Shown here: positions 37,394 through 46,168 of the stretch, in pieces | Numbering within the stretch: the stretch's first letter is position 1 | Layout: the number at the start of each line of letters is the position of its first letter | Origin: Calditrichota bacterium | GTDB lineage: Bacteria > Electryoneota > AABM5-125-24 > Hatepunaeales > Hatepunaeaceae | Length of the DNA: 52,141 bases | NCBI GenBank assembly: GCA_016867855.1 | Contig: VGIO01000001.1 | Span: forward strand, 1-52,141 | Direction of reading: 5' to 3' | Program-made: the position numbers and the translations under genes | Notes under the pieces: model-generated | Database searches by the model: none | Told to the model about the DNA's origin: nothing | Seen by the model: only the letters and a program-made list of their open reading frames with translations

Positions 37394-37495
37394 GAAGCGG
37401 ACAGACGTTATGACCTGTCCGCTTCGTATGCTGTCAACCGCGGAGGGTTGACAGCCAAGCCATTTTATTCGCTGTCAACTCTGGAGGTTGACAGC
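37394..37495. repeat. Three consecutive hairpins between convergent hemA and recA. GAAGCGGACAG..CTGTCCGCTTC (37394-37425) and two GCTGTCAAC..GTTGACAGC family copies (37430-37455, 37471-37495).
   Basis: Read directly. Probably a bidirectional termination and RNA-stability region. Confidence 0.85.
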
Positions 37496-37498
37496 GTT

Positions 37499-38542
37499 TT
37501 AAAAGTCTTCCCCGGCGGCAGAAGTGCGCACGGTCGAAACTGGGTGCAGGCTTAAGGCTTGGCGCACCTTGCCCTCGACCTCCTCGCGCAGCGAGGGATT
37601 TTCTGTCAGTAGAGTGATAACCCGGTCGCGGCCTTGACCCAGGCGCTCTTCGCCGTAGGAATACCAGGTGCCGCTGCGCTTCAGGACACCGGCTTCCGTC
37701 CCCAGGTCCACAATCTCGCCCAAACTAGAAATCCCCTTGCCGTAAAGTATATCGAACTCGACCTCCCTGAAGGGCGGCGCGACTTTATTCTTGACGATTT
37801 TGACGCGCGTGCGGTTGCCGATGACTTCGGCGCCGTCTTTGAGCGAGCCGATGCGGCGGATATCGACGCGCACCGTGGCGTGAAACTTCAGCGCTACGCC
37901 GCCGGGCGTCGTCTCCGGGTTGCCCCACATCTGCCCGATTTTCATCCGGATTTGGTTTATGAACACGAAGCAGGTGTTCGATTTGGAGACTGTGCCGGTC
38001 AACTTACGCAGGGCGCGCGACATAAGCCGCGCCTGCAGACCGACCTGCTGGTCGCCCATATCCCCCTCGATTTCAACCTTCGGCACCAGCGCCGCCACCG
38101 AGTCCACCACCACCACATCCACCGCTCCCGAACGCACTAAGGTCTCGGCGATGTCGAGCGCTTGTTCGCCGGTATCGGGCTGCGATATAAGCAAATTGGC
38201 GGTGTCAACGCCCAGCGCGGCAGCGTAAGATGGGTCGAGGGCGTGTTCGGCGTCGATGAATGCCGCTGTGCCGCCCTGACTCTGCGCGTTGGCGATGATA
38301 TGCAGCGCCAGGGTCGTCTTGCCGGACGCTTCAGGTCCGAAGATTTCAACCACGCGGCCGCGCGGCATCCCTCCGACGCCGAGCGCCGCGTCCAGCGCCA
38401 GCGAGCCGGTGGGAATGATATCCACCTTGATGCGCATCGACTCGTCGCCCAACCGCATCACCGAGCCGCGCCCATATTGCTTCTCTATCTCCGCCATCGC
38501 TAGTTCCAGCGCACGCGTGCGTTCGGATAGTTTATCGGCCAT
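37499..38542 (-). CDS. recA: Recombinase RecA
   Basis: 347 aa. Walker [13 protein letters not shown] and RecA core sequence throughout. Confidence 0.97.
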   Translation of the reverse strand: MADKLSERTRALELAMAEIEKQYGRGSVMRLGDESMRIKVDIIPTGSLALDAALGVGGMPRGRVVEIFGPEASGKTTLALHIIANAQSQGGTAAFIDAEHALDPSYAAALGVDTANLLISQPDTGEQALDIAETLVRSGAVDVVVVDSVAALVPKVEIEGDMGDQQVGLQARLMSRALRKLTGTVSKSNTCFVFINQIRMKIGQMWGNPETTPGGVALKFHATVRVDIRRIGSLKDGAEVIGNRTRVKIVKNKVAPPFREVEFDILYGKGISSLGEIVDLGTEAGVLKRSGTWYSYGEERLGQGRDRVITLLTENPSLREEVEGKVRQALSLHPVSTVRTSAAGEDF

Positions 38543-38630
38543 TGAAGTCCTTTGATATTTTTATTTTTCGCTCGGAGGCTGGATTATTCCCGCCTGTCAA
38601 GTTTAATAATGAATACTTAATTTAGACAAT

Positions 38631-39966
38631 TTATCTGATTATTACAACTTTTCTTATCGACGCTTTATCTTGCGTCGTCAATTTCATAAGGTAAATTCCC
38701 GCCGGGCGATCGCTGCCCTCAAATGTGATAGAGCGCTGGCCGAAGTGCATATTCTCACTCTCCATCGTTCGTATCAACCTCCCCTGCGCGTCGAATATCT
38801 GCAAACAGACACCTCCCGCCTTCTCAAGTTCAAACCTCACCGCTGTCGTTGAGTTGAACGGATTCGGCACAATCTCGAATTTGGAATTTGGAATTTGGAA
38901 TTTGGAATTTGGAATTATCCATCCAGTCGGGCGTCGAAACATTCACCGTCCATCTCTGGCTGTCGATAGCGGCGAACTCCCAATGCAGGCTGTCAATCTG
39001 CACTGAATCTGTAACGAACACGGTTAGGATATAATGTCCAAGATTGGGGAAGGAAGTTGTGAACTCGGCGGAATCATAAGCCAGTTCTTCGCTGTTTTCG
39101 GTCCAGCGGTAGAATTGACGCGAAGCCGGTCCGCGGTTAAACGGCGCGACGCCAAATGTAATCCTCCGGCCGGGTTGAAGTGAAATTATATCGTCAGTTG
39201 GCCAGTAGGCGCGGATAAGGCCGTGGACCGTTATCTCCCAAGTAATCGAATCTCGAGCGCCGTCCAGAACAGCCAAGCCTTCGACGGCATATCTACCGAC
39301 GCTTGAGAAGAATATCGAGGCGGTCGAATCCAGCCCGATTTCGGCGCGGCGGTTTTGGTCGATGCGGTCGATGAGCGTCCAAGTATAAGACGGGCGGCGC
39401 TGCCCATCGTTGACATAACCGATATGGAGCGCAAAATCGACCTGCGTATTGCGGCGGAGATTGAGAAACAGGTCCTCTGGTGTGTGCGAGCGGATGATAA
39501 AATCGTTGACCATCACATTCCAGCGCCGCACGGCTTCGTATTGGCCGTTAGATGCGCTGCACTGGACAATCTGCGCGCCCAATTCATCGAAAATAACTAA
39601 TTGCGTCGTATCATTGTCTAACCGCTCATCGTTGTAGAACCACTGGTGAGAAATATTCAGACCGCGCTGGTCGTTAGTTCGAACTTTGAATAAAATAGTA
39701 TCGTCCAACAACACGGTGAGCGTTGTATCCTCCGGCGACCAGGCGATGAACTGCGGAGCGGGCTGGAACTCGGCGAGCCTAACGAACATCGCGTCGGTTA
39801 GGTTTTGTTGATTTATCAATAAACTCGTGCCGACGGCTATTACTTTACCGGAGCGGGTTTGGATGACCGAGTTCAGTTCGCCAGGCCAATGCAAAGTGTC
39901 GCTGTCGAATTCATAATCGCGCCGTCCCCATAATAGTGTTCCATTATTTGCAAGGCAGACAGTCAT
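38631..39966 (-). pseudogene. T9SS-sorted surface protein (three Ig/PKD-like repeats plus a Por_Secre_tail C-terminal domain) interrupted by a frameshift inside a (CCAAATT)5 tract
   Basis: ORF 38830..39966 and ORF 38631..38942 both read NSKFQIPNSKFQ through the same repeat in different frames. The downstream frame continues VPNPFNSTTAVRFELE..GIYLMKL..KVVIIR, a typical T9SS sorting domain. Confidence 0.7.
38878..38912 (-). repeat. Heptanucleotide microsatellite, five units (AATTTGG on the plus strand, CCAAATT on the coding strand)
   Basis: Counted directly: 35 nt with period 7. Confidence 0.95.
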
Positions 39967-40892
39967 AGTCGAACCGTTGGCGTCTCCATTCCGCCGGGAC
40001 TATATCCCACGCCAATGACGCCCACTCCACGTAAAGTGGCGACCGACTTAACAAAGTTCATCGCGCTGCCGCGGTTGCCGGTCAAGTCGGAAATATACCG
40101 CACCCAAGCCGGCGTCCCGTCCTGGCGAACGCGATATATCCAACCGGTGGCGGTATTATTCACAATACAATGCACGCCGCCAAAGAAGAAGCCTCCTTCG
40201 CAGGAGACTAAACTATTGGCGTAATTATCGCCGGTGCCGCGGTATTCGTCTCTTGCCCAAATCCGGCGTCCGTCGAAATCGACCAGGGTTGTCCAATTCT
40301 TTCTGAAATAATCATAAGCGCCTAAAAGAAATAGACCATCTTCTGTCTCGCGCATCGCGTGAAAACAGACATAAAATTCATTTGCGAAGCCATAGCGAAA
40401 GGTATCGATGACTTCGCCGTCTTCGGTGGTAAAAACAAGCAAAGCGCCGAACCGGCGGTCCTCCGGGATAACGCCATGCCCGGCGAGGGCTAAAACACCG
40501 CTTTTCAATTCTATAACCGCATAGCAGCAACCGGGATAATAATCGTTTTGCCAGCGGATTTCGCCGGCCGGCGAGAGCCGCGCCGCGCTGAACCGGACAT
40601 GGCCAATATTCCCCGCGGCTATGATGTCGCCATCGTCGGTCTCGATGACGCTCTTAAAGCCGAAACTGTTATTTGGGAAAGTGCGCGTCCAGACAGTATC
40701 CCCTTCTTCATCGAGACGCAAAATCCACGGATGGCCGGCGCCGCAGCCGCAGACGACAGATCCCCCGTCGTCTAATACGAAGACATCATTGAAATAATCG
40801 TTCTCGCCGCCTTGGTCGTAGAAGCGCATCAGTTCGACGCGCGGTTGGGCGAAAAGCGGGACGCATATTAGAAGTGTCAGTAGATAACGCAT
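39963..40892 (-). CDS. Secreted repeat protein (signal peptide; beta-propeller-like DG..G..W repeats), ATGA-coupled to the downstream T9SS cargo gene
   Basis: 309 aa. MRYLLTLLICVPLFAQP signal; recurring ..DDGG/..DDGD..G... and ..G...W.. blocks. Confidence 0.55.
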   Translation of the reverse strand: MRYLLTLLICVPLFAQPRVELMRFYDQGGENDYFNDVFVLDDGGSVVCGCGAGHPWILRLDEEGDTVWTRTFPNNSFGFKSVIETDDGDIIAAGNIGHVRFSAARLSPAGEIRWQNDYYPGCCYAVIELKSGVLALAGHGVIPEDRRFGALLVFTTEDGEVIDTFRYGFANEFYVCFHAMRETEDGLFLLGAYDYFRKNWTTLVDFDGRRIWARDEYRGTGDNYANSLVSCEGGFFFGGVHCIVNNTATGWIYRVRQDGTPAWVRYISDLTGNRGSAMNFVKSVATLRGVGVIGVGYSPGGMETPTVRL

Positions 40893-40973
40893 TGTTCGGT
40901 TAAATTAAGTGGACATAGTGGAAGCTGTGGATCAACCGACCCTCACTCTCTTTAATATAATATAAAAATTCCC

Positions 40974-42512
40974 TCATCCCTTCGAATGTTCGCCCCATAC
41001 TTTCCTCAGCGCGTCTGCCACCTCCCCGACCGTCGCGTCCGCTTCCACAGCCGCGAGGATAGGATCCATTAACGGTGCGTTCGCTTCGGCTGCGGCTGAT
41101 TTAACATCTTCAAGGCGTGCTTGAGTCAGTCGATTTTCGCGCTGCCGTCGCAGTTTCTGCACGTTCGCGAACTGCTCCTTTTCAGCCGTCGGGGGGATGC
41201 GCAGAATTTCAGTTGGTTTTTCATCCGCCAAGATGAAACGGTTGACTCCGACGACGACGCGCCGGCCGGACTCGACCTCCTGCTGGAAGCGGTAAGCGGA
41301 TTTGGCAATAGCCTCGGTTTGGTAGCCGGCTTCGATGGCTTTGACAGCGCCGCCGAGCCGGTCGATGGCGGCAATTTCTTTGGACGCTTCTTCCTCCAGT
41401 CGGTCGGTCAACTGCTCGATGTAAGGCGCGCCGCCGAGCGGATCTGGCTCATCGACCACCCCTGACTCATAAGCGATGACCTGCTGGGTGCGCAATGCAA
41501 GCCGCGCCGTGGCTTCGGTCGGCAATCCAAGCGCTTCGTCCAGCGAATTAGTATGCAGGGATTGTGTGCCGCCCAAAACCGCCGCCAAGGCTTCCAAAGT
41601 CGTGCGCACGACATTGACTTCCGGCTGCTGAGCTGTCAGCGACGAGCCGGCGGTCTGGGTGTGGAAACGCAACTGCCAACTGCGCGAATCCTGAGCCTTG
41701 AAAAGTTCCTGCATTATTCTGCACCACATCCGCCGCGCGGCGCGGAACTTGGCGACCTCCTCGAGCAAGTTGATGTGAGCGTTGAAGAAGAACGAGAGCC
41801 GCGGCGCGAAGCTATCGACATCGAGACCGGCGTCTATCGCGGCTTGGCAGTAGGCAATCCCGTTAGCGAGGGTGAAGGCTAACTCCTGCGCAGCCGTCGA
41901 ACCGGCCTCGCGGATATGGTAACCGGATATGGATATTGTATTCCATTGTGGGACATTCAGCGCGCAAAAGCGCATTAAGTCAACCGCCAGTCTGAGCGAT
42001 GGCGCCGGCGGATAGATATAAGTCCCGCGGGCGATATATTCCTTTAAGATGTCGTTTTGGACTGTGCCGCGTAACTCTGATGATAATGATGATGATGATA
42101 AATTAGCATCAGAATATTGCGATTTTGCCGTCGTAATATACAGCGCCAGTAATATCGCCGCTGTGGCGTTGATGGTCATCGAGGTCGAGACATCTTTTAG
42201 CGGGATGCCGTCGAACAGGCGCCGCATATCTTCCAGCGAGGCGATTGAGACGCCGACGCGGCCGACTTCGCCGCGGGCGAGAGGATGGTCGGGGTCGTAG
42301 CCTATTTGGGTCGGCAGGTCAAACGCCACAGACAAGCCGGTCTGCCCTTCCGCCAGCATCCTGCGGTAGCGGGCGTTGGTCTCGGCGGCGGTGGCGTAGC
42401 CGGAATATTGGCGCATCGTCCAGAGGCGGCCGCGATACATATCCTTGTGGATGCCGCGGGTGTAGGGAGGAGAACCGGGAGGAGGAAATGATGGGCTATT
42501 ATAATCGGACAT
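40974..42512 (-). CDS. Methylmalonyl-CoA mutase-family (acyl-CoA mutase) catalytic subunit, without a B12-binding domain
   Basis: 512 aa. [44 protein letters not shown]. Ends before the cobalamin-binding module. Confidence 0.85.
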   Translation of the reverse strand: MSDYNSPSFPPPGSPPYTRGIHKDMYRGRLWTMRQYSGYATAAETNARYRRMLAEGQTGLSVAFDLPTQIGYDPDHPLARGEVGRVGVSIASLEDMRRLFDGIPLKDVSTSMTINATAAILLALYITTAKSQYSDANLSSSSLSSELRGTVQNDILKEYIARGTYIYPPAPSLRLAVDLMRFCALNVPQWNTISISGYHIREAGSTAAQELAFTLANGIAYCQAAIDAGLDVDSFAPRLSFFFNAHINLLEEVAKFRAARRMWCRIMQELFKAQDSRSWQLRFHTQTAGSSLTAQQPEVNVVRTTLEALAAVLGGTQSLHTNSLDEALGLPTEATARLALRTQQVIAYESGVVDEPDPLGGAPYIEQLTDRLEEEASKEIAAIDRLGGAVKAIEAGYQTEAIAKSAYRFQQEVESGRRVVVGVNRFILADEKPTEILRIPPTAEKEQFANVQKLRRQRENRLTQARLEDVKSAAAEANAPLMDPILAAVEADATVGEVADALRKVWGEHSKG

Positions 42513-42622
42513 ATTAGGGCGAATACTTAAGTGTTACATTGATATCCTGCATTCGTTAACACTTAATGTTATATGCTTTTCTAAATATAACGATATAAAT
42601 ATCAGCGCATAAATAATAATAA

Positions 42623-42690
42623 GTCACACTGAACAGAGTGAAGAATCTTATCCCTGATTAGCCAATGGGATGCTTCACCGCATTCAGGGT
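42623..42690. repeat. REP-like hairpin GTCACACTGAACAGAGTGAAGAATC..GATGCTTCACCGCATTCAGGGT (family of 4434 and 49859)
   Basis: Read directly. Sits where a HEPN/DUF86 toxin gene would be expected. Confidence 0.75.
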
Positions 42691-42742
42691 AAAATATCTC
42701 TAATTTTTACTTTATCATTGTTCATAAATCACTTTACTATAC

Positions 42743-43035
42743 TTATCGGCGTAATAAACAAGATGATTGAGATTTTCGGTTGCGTTCGTATTCTTCGGGC
42801 GTTTTCAGAATAATATCGAAAGCCAGCCCCAATCTGCGTAAGGCACGATTGACGAACGGAAAGCGTTCTTCTGGCGGTAAATCGGTCTTCGCGACGATGA
42901 TCAGGTCGATGTCGCTGTTATAATTGGCTTCACCGCGGGTATAACTGCCGAAAAGAGTGATTTAAGCGGTTTCAGCCAATTTTTCGACCGTGAGACGAGT
43001 TCGGATTTATCTATAGTCGAGAACACAATTGGCAT
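42743..43035 (-). pseudogene. Minimal nucleotidyltransferase (MNT antitoxin-like), frameshifted
   Basis: The ATG frame gives MPIVFSTIDKSELVSRS.. A second frame gives ..ITLFGSYTRGEANYNSDIDLIIVAKTDL..FDIILKTPEEYERN... That second frame is closed by TAA just upstream of LFGSY. Neither piece reaches the ORF-track threshold. Confidence 0.55.
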
Positions 43036-43109
43036 AAATAGAAATTTCAATAGTCTTATCATATCAAGGAATTTTGTTTAAATAATTGCAATTTTGAGCA
43101 TTGAAATTC

Positions 43110-44039
43110 CTACTTCCCCAAAATCGCCAGCGCTTCGGCGTCGTCGTAGAAGAAGTCGAGCGGATTGACCGGTTTGCCGTTGATATGAACTTCGTAGTGC
43201 AAATGAGGGGCGGTCGAGCGGCCGGTGGCGCCGGTGGAACCGATACGCTGTTCGCGGGTTACTGACTGACCTTTGATGACATAGATACTGGAGAGATGGC
43301 CGTAAGCGGTTTTGAAGCCGTAGCCGTGGTCGATGACGATGAGGTTGCCGAGTCCGGGTGTGCGCTGGGCAAAGACGACCTTGCCGTTGGCTGTAGCGCG
43401 CACCGACGTGCCGCGTTCGATGGGAATGTCTATGCCGTTGTGGAACACCCGGCGTCCGCTGAACGGATCGCGCCGCATTCCAAAATTGCTCGAAATGTAT
43501 CCGCCGACAACCGGCCGGATGGAAGGCGTGTGGGCGAAAATTTCTATTCTGGATAGCATCCGCTTCTCGATTTCAGCATAACTGGCGAGTTGCAGTTTGG
43601 CAGAACGTTCGAGTTGGTCGAGTTGGGCGACCAATCCCCGCACGGTCTCATCGCTGATGCCATAGTCGGAAGGATGGTTCACCATACCGCCGATACCGAC
43701 CTGGCGCGTGTCGTTGTCGATGCGCGGCAGGTCGGCTGAGAGCCGTAGTTCGTCGTCGCGTTTTATGAGTTCAGCATATTGTCGGTTAACAGCATCGATG
43801 CGGACAGCCATCTGCCCTAACTGCTCCTGCAGCGTGCGGTTCTGGGCGAGGACTGATACCATCGCGGCGCGCGTCATATAGCCGGCGATGAGCCGGCTTG
43901 AGCCGTAAATAAGCCCTGAAATAGTCAAGGCTCCGGCAATGCATAAGGTTATAATTTGACGCGGCGACAGTCTGACGGCGCGCATCCTGGAGGCGCCGTC
44001 GCGGACCAGCATTAAGCGAACACCCGCGGTTTTCTTCAT
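43110..44039 (-). CDS. M23-family peptidoglycan metalloendopeptidase
   Basis: 309 aa. N-terminal TM, coiled-coil region, HNGIDI and HLHYEV zinc motifs. Confidence 0.9.
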   Translation of the reverse strand: MKKTAGVRLMLVRDGASRMRAVRLSPRQIITLCIAGALTISGLIYGSSRLIAGYMTRAAMVSVLAQNRTLQEQLGQMAVRIDAVNRQYAELIKRDDELRLSADLPRIDNDTRQVGIGGMVNHPSDYGISDETVRGLVAQLDQLERSAKLQLASYAEIEKRMLSRIEIFAHTPSIRPVVGGYISSNFGMRRDPFSGRRVFHNGIDIPIERGTSVRATANGKVVFAQRTPGLGNLIVIDHGYGFKTAYGHLSSIYVIKGQSVTREQRIGSTGATGRSTAPHLHYEVHINGKPVNPLDFFYDDAEALAILGK

Positions 44040-44380
44040 TCGGTAGGAAACCTGCTTTTTAAGTCTATATTTCCATTAGAATTACCTCCACCCTAAAAGG
44101 ACGGTCGGCGTTTATGCGGCGGGAAGATCCCCAGCTAAAAGATTTGGATTTTAAGTTAAAATGATTTTTTTCGCTTGTCAAGTCTTAAATCTAAATATTT
44201 TTAATTCTTCTTGATATTTTTTCATTACCCTCGTTATGACGGGAATTAATCTTAAGTATTTTTATCAACCGATTTGAAGCATTGTGTATTATCATTCAGC
44301 GCGTTGCTTAAAGTAACAGATGTTTCTATGGGCTTGGGTCGGCAACAGAACGAGAAGATGCGGGAATCGCCAGGCATTTC

Positions 44381-45115
44381 TTATTTCGTTTTAACGGCAT
44401 ATACAAAAAGATTAACGGCTAAAATAGGCACGGATGTTATATCGCTGCGAAACATTACCGTCTTTAGTAGTTTGCGCAGAAGCGAATCCGGCAGCACATC
44501 GAGAGGCGCCGTTATATAACCCCAGCGCAGCGGCTGCAAATTCGCCGATATGGTCAAATTCAAGGCTTGACGCAGGGTATAAATGCGGGCTTGGGCGATT
44601 TTGGAATGTAATTTTCGCGGCAACCAGGATACGAAGGGGATTCGATTCCAAGGTATGAAATTCAATCCCGGCACAATCGCCCCATGCGATTCGAACAACC
44701 ACCATTTATTCGGCACGCTGAAAAATATACCGCCTCCCGGCCTAACGACGCGCGCTATCTCCCTTAAAACTGCCAGGTCGTCGAGCGTATGTTCCAATAC
44801 TTCGAACGATACCGCCAAATCGCAGACCGCCTCCTGCAGCGGTAAAAATGCCAAATCGCCGCGCACATAACGAAATCCATTTTTATTAAGACTTAGCATA
44901 TCTGTCGGGAGCGCCAGATCCACACCGACGACCAACCTGTTGTCTTTAAGCAGAAGGCCCGATTGCGCGCCGTTGCCGCATCCGGCGTCAAGGATGGTTT
45001 TGCAGTCGGCAAAATCGACGGCTGTGCGGTTAAGTATCCGCCAGCGCCGCTCCAGTATCGATTGTCCTAGTTGAGCCGGATGACCCGGCTTAAGATGTGC
45101 TATTTCTCTATGCAT
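44381..45115 (-). CDS. Class I SAM-dependent methyltransferase
   Basis: 244 aa. Motif I ILDAGCGNG; VLEH..VRPGG. Confidence 0.75.
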   Translation of the reverse strand: MHREIAHLKPGHPAQLGQSILERRWRILNRTAVDFADCKTILDAGCGNGAQSGLLLKDNRLVVGVDLALPTDMLSLNKNGFRYVRGDLAFLPLQEAVCDLAVSFEVLEHTLDDLAVLREIARVVRPGGGIFFSVPNKWWLFESHGAIVPGLNFIPWNRIPFVSWLPRKLHSKIAQARIYTLRQALNLTISANLQPLRWGYITAPLDVLPDSLLRKLLKTVMFRSDITSVPILAVNLFVYAVKTK

Positions 45116-45345
45116 AATAGAAAATAATCATCTACATTCCAAAGGGCAAGGCAAATTCTATAGTAATCTTACTGGATTTGGTTTAAGATTATAGTATATT
45201 ACAAAGTGTCGAAAAGTTTGCTTAATAATGGTAGTAAATTGAAGCGTCTCATCCGGGTAAATGGGGATGTGGCTATCTTTCTGCCGGCATCAGGTCAGGC
45301 TGACCCGGCGCGAGTTTTATCGCCGAATTAGTATTTTAGTCAAAT

Positions 45346-45768
45346 TTGGCATCTAACACCTGGCCTCCTGCGACACCTTTGCTTACCGTTGACGCGGTCA
45401 TTCGCACATCGCAAGGCATCGTATTAGTGCATCGCAAAAATCCGCCGCTGGGCTGGGCGCTGCCGGGCGGATTCGTCGAGGTTGGCGAAACGGTTGAAAA
45501 CGCCATCCGGCGCGAAGCCTGCGAAGAGACCGGCCTGGTTATATCCGACCTGTGGCTGGTCGGCGTTTATAGCGACCCGGAGCGCGACCGGCGTTTTCAC
45601 ACTGTCAGCGTCGTCTTCGGCGCGCGCGCGGATGGAATCCCTGCCGGCGGCGATGACGCCGCCAGAGCCGAGGCTTTCCCCGAATACAACTTTCCCGCCG
45701 ACATCGTCTTCGACCACCGGCAGATTATCGAGGATTTTTTACGGTTAGAAATGACGCGGCAGAAATGA
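45346..45768 (+). CDS. NUDIX hydrolase
   Basis: 140 aa. Nudix box GGFVEVGETVENAIRREACEETGL. Confidence 0.85.
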   Translation: MASNTWPPATPLLTVDAVIRTSQGIVLVHRKNPPLGWALPGGFVEVGETVENAIRREACEETGLVISDLWLVGVYSDPERDRRFHTVSVVFGARADGIPAGGDDAARAEAFPEYNFPADIVFDHRQIIEDFLRLEMTRQK

Positions 45769-45846
45769 AATAGTTATCGAATATTGTTCTTTTTAATACA
45801 AATTCCTAATTTAAAGAAATGTCTAAATTAGAGGACAGGCATAGGT

Positions 45847-46137
45847 GGTAAGACGGGCAGGGACGCCCGCTCTCCTAAATCTTAAAGCCCAAAGCCTAAA
45901 GCCTAAAGCCTAAAGCCTAAAGCCAATATGGCGGGCAGGGACGCCCGCTCTCCTAAATCTTAAAGCCCAAAGCCAAAGCCTAAAGCCTAAAGCCTAAAGC
46001 CTAAAGCCAAAAGCCCAAAGCCTAAAGCCAATATGGCGGGCAGGGACGCTCGCTCTCCTAAATCTTAAAGACCAAAGCCTAAAGCCTAAAGCCCAAAGCC
46101 TAAAGCCAATATGGCGGGCAGGGACGCCCGTCTTACC
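45847..46137. repeat. Nested satellite. Three units (78, 105, 78 bp) plus a truncated fourth head. Each unit is the head GGCGGGCAGGGACGCCCGCTCTCCTAAATCTTAAAG, then 5, 9 or 5 CCTAAAG-type heptamers, then CCAATAT. The array sits inside a split hairpin GGTAAGACGGGC-AGGGAC-GCCCGTCTTACC.
   Basis: Unit boundaries at 45852, 45930, 46035 and 46113, counted by hand. Confidence 0.9.
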
Positions 46138-46168
46138 AGCGATAATAAATCAACTTGACGGAGATTCT

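Noticed and set aside
45847-46137. Possible CRISPR array, because of regularly spaced conserved roughly 36-bp heads
   Set aside because: The intervening sequences are not unique spacers; they are the same CCTAAAG heptamer microsatellite in different copy numbers. Unit lengths vary (78, 105, 78 bp), and no cas genes or leader are present. It is better described as a nested satellite.
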